Part shown: piece after piece, positions 27,436-32,909 of the stretch
Position numbering within the stretch: position 1 is the stretch's first letter
Layout: each line of letters starts with the position of its first letter
Program-made: the position numbers and the translations under genes
Source of the DNA: a virus
Length of the DNA: 32,909 nucleotides
Virus record (IMG/VR): IMGVR_UViG_3300035104_000006
Coordinates: 81,576-114,484 of that record
Reading direction: 5' to 3' (one strand)
Notes under the pieces: model-generated
What the model saw: the letters and a program-made list of their open reading frames with translations, nothing else
Databases searched by the model: none
Told to the model about the DNA's origin: nothing

Positions 27436-28854
27436 TTATATCTTTGCAAAAGCAGATTCGCTTGCTAACTTTTCGTTCATCAACGTAAATGCCATAGTAT
27501 CACAAGGATTGTCTGCTGTCACCCCTAGGTTGAAATGCCTGTATGTAGAAACCATTAACGAATCACTAAAGTCAGGAGAAAACTTTAGGCGAGATTTAAG
27601 TTTTGGTTTGTCTACAACTTGTATTGGCTGCTTGTCTTCTAAGAAATAGATTTCCGGTAATTCCTGGACGTATCTTTCGTGATAAGGGAGATATAGCTCA
27701 TCGAAATTGTCCGACAATTCTTTATAAAGTTCTGCACGAAGATTTTTATACGCCTCTGGATTATTTGCTCTGGCATTACTTACTACTTTATACACCTTAA
27801 ATGGCTTTTTTGCTCTCTTAAAAAGGTCGTATAAGATAATACCAAGACCGGTATAGTCTATATAAAGTTCCTTCGCTTTCATAGTTTTCATTCTTGCTAT
27901 TACTTTAGGGATTAGCGATGGTCCGTCTGTGTGACTAATTCGTTCTGGTGGAAATATGTAAGCTCCTTTACGAAAAGTAAGGATGGAGTTATCATTTCTT
28001 CCGGCAGACGGGTCGAGACCGGCTACCATTATCCCTTCATGATCTTCAGGATTACTATCTCTCCAACGATTATTTGCCTCTTCGATTTGGTCATAATTTG
28101 CAACTACTTGACCACCTCCACGAGGGAATTCACCTAAGCATTTTGTCCTAAACCAGTCCGACTCTTCTCCATGAATTGTCTTCATTCTTTCAATATATGT
28201 AGGGTCATTGAAAGGAGATCGTTCAGATGATAATGTAACTTGCGCCCATTGACTTTTATTTTTATGAAAACAGTCGTAGAAATAACCATTTGCACGAGTG
28301 GGGTTGCCGACAAGAAGGCAGTAGACGTTCTTCTGAAGCATTGAACCTTCTACGCCTGAATATACCTGATCTGGCACTGCACTTGCCTCATCGACCAGAA
28401 AGAAAAGTGAAGGAGCATGAAAACCTGCAAGCACATCACCTAACTTATCATTACTATCCTTCGGTATAGTTCGACCGACTATAAACCAATCCTTGTATCC
28501 TTCTATATAGATCTTCCCTTTAATTATCTTAATAGACTTTTTAATAAAATCTATTTTTATCCTTCTTACCCAACTTTCTATTTCAGAGAATAAAAGGTCT
28601 TCAAGCTGATGGCCTGTAGGTGCAGTACAGACTACTTTGGCTTCTGGGCGAGTGGTAAAGAACCACAATGCTTTGGTTGCTGCTAGGGCTGTCTTACCGC
28701 ATCCAGTTCCTGACTTAGCAGCTACGAATCTATTATTTACAAACTCATCAGCTACTTTCTTTTGATCCTCAGAAATTGACATTCCAAGCACTTCTTTCGC
28801 CCAAAGCTCGAAATTATCCTGATATCGGTTCATGTATTCTATTACTTCACTCAT
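27436..28854 (-). CDS. terL: terminase large subunit
   Basis: KSGTGCGKT (Walker A), TAPT..Q, GFHA...F.VDEAS (Walker B), GNPTR..GYFY, LGEFP, RNase H-like GLDP...D, SPD..D. Confidence 0.93.
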   Translation of the reverse strand: MSEVIEYMNRYQDNFELWAKEVLGMSISEDQKKVADEFVNNRFVAAKSGTGCGKTALAATKALWFFTTRPEAKVVCTAPTGHQLEDLLFSEIESWVRRIKIDFIKKSIKIIKGKIYIEGYKDWFIVGRTIPKDSNDKLGDVLAGFHAPSLFFLVDEASAVPDQVYSGVEGSMLQKNVYCLLVGNPTRANGYFYDCFHKNKSQWAQVTLSSERSPFNDPTYIERMKTIHGEESDWFRTKCLGEFPRGGGQVVANYDQIEEANNRWRDSNPEDHEGIMVAGLDPSAGRNDNSILTFRKGAYIFPPERISHTDGPSLIPKVIARMKTMKAKELYIDYTGLGIILYDLFKRAKKPFKVYKVVSNARANNPEAYKNLRAELYKELSDNFDELYLPYHERYVQELPEIYFLEDKQPIQVVDKPKLKSRLKFSPDFSDSLMVSTYRHFNLGVTADNPCDTMAFTLMNEKLASESAFAKI

Positions 28855-28933
28855 AATTACCCGCCATTTAAGAATGATACTATTACCGAGTTGTTTCTCG
28901 GATGTTTTCTACTCAGCATGATTTAACACTCTT

Positions 28934-29131
28934 TTAAATATTTCTAGTTATACTGGTCTGCCATTCAAAAGAGCCGTCATTGTCTATATTAAACCATACT
29001 ATTCCGAAATCTACAATACCTGAACATTGTTCGAGGCCGAATTTAGTATTCGGTGTTTGTAGTGCAGGCAGAAGGTGCGGTGCCACACCGGGGATACTGC
29101 CGTTGAAGTTTACTCTGCGTATGATAGCCAT
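28934..29131 (-). pseudogene. 65-codon ORF spanning the GC junction; probable chimera of two gene fragments
   Basis: GAGGGG RBS and ATG. The first ~22 codons are GC-rich (MAIIRRVNFNGSIPGVAPHLLP) and the remainder is AT-rich. Confidence 0.45.
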
Positions 29132-29179
29132 ATATTACCCCTCACGAAAGTGTGTAAAACTTATCCACTTTTTTGATTG

Positions 29180-29776
29180 CTACACCTCAAACACCGGCAA
29201 TTCACCCAGCAATTCATCCACCGTAGGCGTTGCCCTGGTGCCGCTCTTTACATCGGCCAGAATGTTCCGTGCAGCTTCCCATACGTCCACGTTCCACGCC
29301 CACACTGCGGCGCAGAATTGATAGTGAGTATAGGCGGTATCGTCTGCGTAGTTTTTGCAGCTATGCACGTCTCGGAATGCTGTGCCGTTGGCTTTGTTGT
29401 AGGCATCCACCTCTTCCTGTATCAGCTCAGTGACCAGCTGTTCGTACTCCCACAGCTTGTTGCTGTTGCTCAAATCAATCTGTTGCGTGAAGCTGTCGGG
29501 CAAGCCTTCGCTCACAATTCCGGACTCAACGTAGTTAGCCACCGCGCTGTAAAAACCTTCTGCGATCCCGGCAACGTTGCAAAGTTCAAGGCGGTCAAGC
29601 TGTGCCTGGGTAGGGGTAACTTCGATAAATTTAAGCCCTTCGTGGTGCCACCACCGATTAACAAAGCTTTCCCACCATTTAGGGCTGTTGGTGTATGAAC
29701 GCTTGAGTTTGCCGTATGCGCGATACTCTGCAATCTTGGGGCAAATGTGCCACTTGTCATCCTGATAAAAAACCAT
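29180..29776 (-). CDS. hypothetical tail-fibre-associated protein (198 aa)
   Basis: Start directly abuts the HNH stop (TAA-ATG). C-terminal 'W...VW......LADV..G.R..PT..ELL.ELP' is common in genes next to tail fibres. Confidence 0.65.
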   Translation of the reverse strand: MVFYQDDKWHICPKIAEYRAYGKLKRSYTNSPKWWESFVNRWWHHEGLKFIEVTPTQAQLDRLELCNVAGIAEGFYSAVANYVESGIVSEGLPDSFTQQIDLSNSNKLWEYEQLVTELIQEEVDAYNKANGTAFRDVHSCKNYADDTAYTHYQFCAAVWAWNVDVWEAARNILADVKSGTRATPTVDELLGELPVFEV

Positions 29777-30520
29777 TTATGTCTCCATACTTAGGTGTAC
29801 TTGATTATCTGCGAAGCGTAGATAGTCTTCTGCGTTGAAATCTGTGTAAGAATGTGTTTGGTGAAACAATCTATGGCAGTCGACACATAGCGTGACACCG
29901 TTATCAATGCTTACACGCTCCTTTGGGGTTGAGTGGTACGGGTTTAAGTGATGCGCTTCCAGCCTTTTACAGCTACTACCGCAAGCTTGACAGGCGTACT
30001 CGTCTCTTTCGTACACCGCAGCCCTCCATTCTCGATAGTCCTTTCTCGCCATCTCCGCATATCTTTTTCCGCTAACGCCACCCTTCCAGTTGGGATGGTT
30101 CTCACCCCTTCCAACAAACTGTTCAGCTTTCGTCTTGAATGTCTCTTTTCTCAAGCACCCACACGACCTCTTGCGGCCCCCTGTGAGTGTCCAGTTAACC
30201 ACCTCTTGCCTCACGCCACAGTCGCACTCAACCAGAGACATGTTGACGCCTGCCGCCCCCAATACCGTGAGCCTGCCGTACCTAGCCCCCGGCTTTAAGG
30301 TTTTCCTTCTTGGTATGTTTAGGCACTTGGAACATAAGCCGGTGAAGGTAGTTTGTGAAAGCTTGCTGAAGGGTACATGCCTTTCCTTCTCGCAAATCGG
30401 ACACGAAAACCGCACCAGGTAGTTACTGCCGGGCAGTAGCTCTGAAACTGGCTTTTCCCTACCACTCCTTGCATTGTATGCCACATCTGATGTTATGCGG
30501 TCGTAAAGATTATTTCGCAT
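29777..30520 (-). CDS. HNH (homing-type) endonuclease with N-terminal Zn-ribbon DNA-binding modules
   Basis: CPIC...CSKC; YGRLTV...CDCG...SCGC; GENHPNWKGG; V.ERD.Y.CQ.CG...LEAHH...NGVTLC..CH..FH; GAGG RBS. Confidence 0.9.
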   Translation of the reverse strand: MRNNLYDRITSDVAYNARSGREKPVSELLPGSNYLVRFSCPICEKERHVPFSKLSQTTFTGLCSKCLNIPRRKTLKPGARYGRLTVLGAAGVNMSLVECDCGVRQEVVNWTLTGGRKRSCGCLRKETFKTKAEQFVGRGENHPNWKGGVSGKRYAEMARKDYREWRAAVYERDEYACQACGSSCKRLEAHHLNPYHSTPKERVSIDNGVTLCVDCHRLFHQTHSYTDFNAEDYLRFADNQVHLSMET

Positions 30521-30533
30521 CGCGCCCTCAATT

Positions 30534-30607
30534 TATTGGCATTCGCATTGTCGGCATCATTCGTGTTGAAGTCAGCGACACCGTTGTTCCCACGGTTGAC
30601 ACGCCTT
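30534..30607 (-). repeat. DGR template repeat (TR), 3'-truncated
   Basis: 74-bp ungapped match to 31085-31158 with 12 mismatches, 10 of them at TR adenines on the minus strand. Contains 8 AAY codons in the VR frame and lies just downstream of avd. Confidence 0.93.
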
Positions 30608-30629
30608 TTGCAGCAATATCCCTATTTGG

Positions 30630-30971
30630 TTACGCTCGTGCGCTCTGCCGGATATAACCGGAAAGCAACTTGTTAATCTCACGGATTCGCTCATCGATGA
30701 TCTGGAAGAACCCTTTGCTGATATACCGGCGCTCGCGTGATAGCTTCATCAGAACCTTCAGGGCCTGCAGGTGCCCATCCGCTTCTTGCAAATACGTCTT
30801 GCGCTTGCTCTTCACCGAGTTGCCGAGATAGATGTATTTGATTACATCGAAAAACGCCTCTTTGATACGTGCAGCGAGGGCGTACTTCTCAGCTTTCGGG
30901 TAATTAACCAGGCGCGGGTATACCTGATACAAAAGTTCTTCCGCTTTTTGCTTTACGATAAGTTCCTGCAT
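30630..30971 (-). CDS. avd: DGR accessory variability determinant (Avd, four-helix bundle)
   Basis: 113 aa, basic; L....K..E...Y, YPK.EKYAL..RI, K..YL.EAD..L..LK..., YIS, EI.KLL.G.I; sits between VR and TR. Confidence 0.9.
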   Translation of the reverse strand: MQELIVKQKAEELLYQVYPRLVNYPKAEKYALAARIKEAFFDVIKYIYLGNSVKSKRKTYLQEADGHLQALKVLMKLSRERRYISKGFFQIIDERIREINKLLSGYIRQSARA

Positions 30972-30980
30972 AACAATCCT

Positions 30981-31046
30981 GTTAGGTTAAGGGCTTTCGC
31001 CTTCGCTCCAGCCCGTGAGAATGTAGGGTTAAGGTACGTCACAGGC
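30981..31046 (-). promoter_or_regulatory. inverted-repeat region downstream of the VR (candidate DGR target-recognition hairpin)
   Basis: Minus strand GCCTGTGA...TCACGGGC begins immediately after the target stop; an overlapping GGGCT...AGCCC stem follows. Confidence 0.5.
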
Positions 31047-32711
31047 TTACGCCTGGACAACTTCAAGACAGGGGCGGAAGCCGATATTGGCATTCGCATA
31101 GTCGGCGGTATACGGGCCGAAGTCAGCGACACCGAGGTTCCCACGGAGGACACGCCTTGTCGTGTCGGAACCCTGCTCTTGGCACCAACAAGCAGTTCCA
31201 TCGCCTGCATCGGTGTAAAACACCTGCAATTCGGCGTTTGTATATGTCGCCCAGTTGTCGCCATCCTGCGGCCCGCCGTGGCGTGTGGTTTCGCTACCGC
31301 CTTCCATGCCGATTGTTGCATCTGTGCATGTTGGCACTGCTGTATGCACGCGATACAACAAGTCGTTCCATTCGGATCCGCCACCAGCGTCATCAGCGCA
31401 CGATTGGTTGTTATACGCTTCGGCTGCCGGGTCGGTTGCGGAGCCGGTTAAGAGCCGCACTTTGTACGTTGTCGTTCCATATATTACCTGTGCATTCTGT
31501 GTTGCCGTTGTGCCTGTGCTTGCGCTGGCCGTGCCGTTGTCGCCCGTACCGTACACTGCTCCGGCGAGATAGATATCATCCCATGACAAGTTGTTGCGGA
31601 TGGTCTCCTTGGCGATGAACAGTACTTTCGCCACGCCGTCTTTGTTGCAATCAGCTGCGGGGCCAACATAAAATTTCAGCCAGCCCGCATCGTTATTGAA
31701 CGCTGTTCCCGCGCTCAGACCGATGTCACTTGCGAGGGTTGGCCCGTCTGTCAGGCTTGCAGAGGAGACTAGCCCCATGTATCCGGTGTCGGTTGTCGAA
31801 TCGTAATTACCAGCCGCAACCATCGCGTCGTAATCGTCACCTGGACCCCAATCGAAGAAACTGGCGGCTGTGGTATAAGTCGCGGTAGCTTTTGTTGAAT
31901 CACCATAAGTAGTGCCAGTATGTATTACTTCTAGTCTATATTCCGTACTAGTAGCAACTGTCCCCGAGGGTAAATCAATACTTGTAAGATTGGTAGTATC
32001 ATTCACGCTCGACCATATCAGGGTTTCATCGCTTGTGCGGTACAGATACCAGCTTGAGCTTTCGTGTGTGTCTGTGCCGTTGATGCACTCAAAAGCGTCA
32101 GTAGTGAAGGTCGGTGTTTCGCCCACATCGGTTGAGCCGTTCGTGGGGTTGGTAATGGTAGGCTGGTCAATGTAAATATCCGCCGTGGTGAATGAAATGG
32201 TCGGTGTCCAGTCTGACCATGTACCGTCATCGTCCTGATACATGCCCCTAACGAAATACTCAGTTACGGTGCTGAGGCTCGAGCTTGGAGTGTATTCACT
32301 GACTGCGCCCAGGGTTGTGTCTGCAACGGTAGTTGCGAAGTCGCTTACAGTGCTGACCTGCACCCTCAATGCCTGCTGCGGTTTCCCGTACAGGCTGTAA
32401 TAAGGGCTGAAAGTAATTGTAGGAGTTAGCAGGACTCCTGTTGCTCCGTCTAGTGGGGAGATTATCTCTGGGGTGAGTATAGCTGCAATATCTGAAGTTA
32501 CAGCTATACGTTCCCATGTATCAACAGCAACGCAGAAGTAAACACAGCCAGATTCAACAGCATAATCACCCTTGCGCCCTGATGCTGTAGCAGATGCAGG
32601 TACATCTACAAGGCGTCCATAATTCTTCTTATCCTCCGTAGCCATCGTACCCAGCATACCATTGGTTGGTACATGCTCAGGCTTGCGGCCTACTTTAACT
32701 ACGCTGCTCAT
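31047..32711 (-). CDS. DGR target protein: putative receptor-binding virion protein with two FN3/Ig-like repeats and a C-terminal CLec-like variable domain
   Basis: C-terminus RRVLRG...NIGFRPCLEV carries the VR. Two ~100-aa repeats (P.I..P..G.T.V...PT...Y......FTTA/YTTA). N-terminal fibre-type motifs VPTNGMLGTMA and PASATASG..G...Y.CVA..TW.R. Confidence 0.85.
   Translation of the reverse strand: MSSVVKVGRKPEHVPTNGMLGTMATEDKKNYGRLVDVPASATASGRKGDYAVESGCVYFCVAVDTWERIAVTSDIAAILTPEIISPLDGATGVLLTPTITFSPYYSLYGKPQQALRVQVSTVSDFATTVADTTLGAVSEYTPSSSLSTVTEYFVRGMYQDDDGTWSDWTPTISFTTADIYIDQPTITNPTNGSTDVGETPTFTTDAFECINGTDTHESSSWYLYRTSDETLIWSSVNDTTNLTSIDLPSGTVATSTEYRLEVIHTGTTYGDSTKATATYTTAASFFDWGPGDDYDAMVAAGNYDSTTDTGYMGLVSSASLTDGPTLASDIGLSAGTAFNNDAGWLKFYVGPAADCNKDGVAKVLFIAKETIRNNLSWDDIYLAGAVYGTGDNGTASASTGTTATQNAQVIYGTTTYKVRLLTGSATDPAAEAYNNQSCADDAGGGSEWNDLLYRVHTAVPTCTDATIGMEGGSETTRHGGPQDGDNWATYTNAELQVFYTDAGDGTACWCQEQGSDTTRRVLRGNLGVADFGPYTADYANANIGFRPCLEVVQA
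31085..31158 (-). repeat. DGR variable repeat (VR)
   Basis: Matches the TR with A-to-N substitutions (AAC>CTC twice, AAC>GGC, ACG>CCG, AAT>TAT twice); followed by the GC-rich GGCTTCCGCCCC IMH-type segment. Confidence 0.93.
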
Positions 32712-32909
32712 TTACGCACCTCCTATTACGCCGAAGCGTTGCGGGGGAGTTACTTGTATTTGGTTGCCTTCTCCGTCATCTGTCATGTAGGGAGCGGTTG
32801 AGTAGACGGATTCGTACTTGTCGTTAAGGGCGGTGTCGTTGAAGATAGTGGAGTAAAGAGTATCTGCTGTACCCTTGCCTGTGAACGGTGCTTCCGCTAA
32901 TACCTCTAC
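32712..32909 (-). CDS. C-terminal part of a hypothetical protein (5' end outside window)
   Basis: Frame is open from the window edge: ...APFTGKGTADTLYSTIF...PPQRFGVIGGA*. Its stop abuts the target gene ATG, and GGAGG within its end serves as RBS. Confidence 0.65.
   Translation of the reverse strand, partial: VEVLAEAPFTGKGTADTLYSTIFNDTALNDKYESVYSTAPYMTDDGEGNQIQVTPPQRFGVIGGA

Noticed and set aside
10238-28137. Plus-strand ORFs across the structural arm, and likewise minus-strand ORFs across the replication arm
   Set aside because: They are antisense to coherent operons, with Ser/Phe/Ile-rich translations typical of reverse-frame artefacts.
29161-29169. DnaA-box-like TTATCCACT
   Set aside because: A single imperfect copy in a short intergenic gap, compatible with chance.
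29777-30533. Group I intron carrying the HNH and interrupting the TR (sequence after the break begins AAATTGAG, reminiscent of some intron 5' ends)
   Set aside because: Only ~13 bp separate the TR from the HNH start, and the HNH stop abuts the next ATG, leaving no room for a ribozyme core. I found no convincing P1 pairing and no resumed TR 3' half downstream.
29177-32517. Many overlapping alternative-frame and antisense ORFs in the GC-rich block (e.g. 29177-29698 +, 30771-31451 +, 30953-31393 -)
   Set aside because: These are shadows of well-supported minus-strand genes, expected at higher GC, with no motifs or RBS.
32712-32909. Partial ORF at the window edge as the missing RT
   Set aside because: The visible 65 residues are acidic and Thr/Gly-rich, unlike the basic C-terminus of DGR RTs. 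An RT further outside the window cannot be excluded.
1-32909. tRNA/rRNA genes, integrase, or stop-codon reassignment
   Set aside because: No cloverleaf or integrase motifs were recognised, and core genes are full length under the standard code, with TAA, TAG and TGA all used as stops.

Overview
About 33 kb of a tailed dsDNA phage genome with a siphovirus-type morphogenesis module. Two arms converge on a bidirectional terminator at ~10212-10253. The + arm (1-10201) carries the end of a Dam-like methylase, a set of small cassette-like ORFs bounded by a repeated 17-bp start motif, a ThyX-like protein, a UDG-like/HNH fusion, a family A DNA polymerase, a dNMP kinase, a DUF3987-like P-loop ATPase, a dUTPase and a class II ribonucleotide reductase. 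The - arm (28854 down to 10262) runs TerL, portal, S49 protease/scaffold, decoration protein, major capsid, head-tail connectors, tail tube, chaperones, tape measure, tail tip (M/L/K/I-J-like), then a lysis cassette. Beyond a sharp GC step at ~29065 lies a GC-richer block holding a diversity-generating retroelement (DGR). It has a target gene with a C-terminal variable repeat, an avd gene and a template repeat that differs from the VR mostly at adenines. The TR is cut off before its 3' (IMH*) end, and an HNH endonuclease gene sits where the reverse transcriptase normally lies; no RT is present in this window. All family assignments come from motif recognition by eye, not from database searches.
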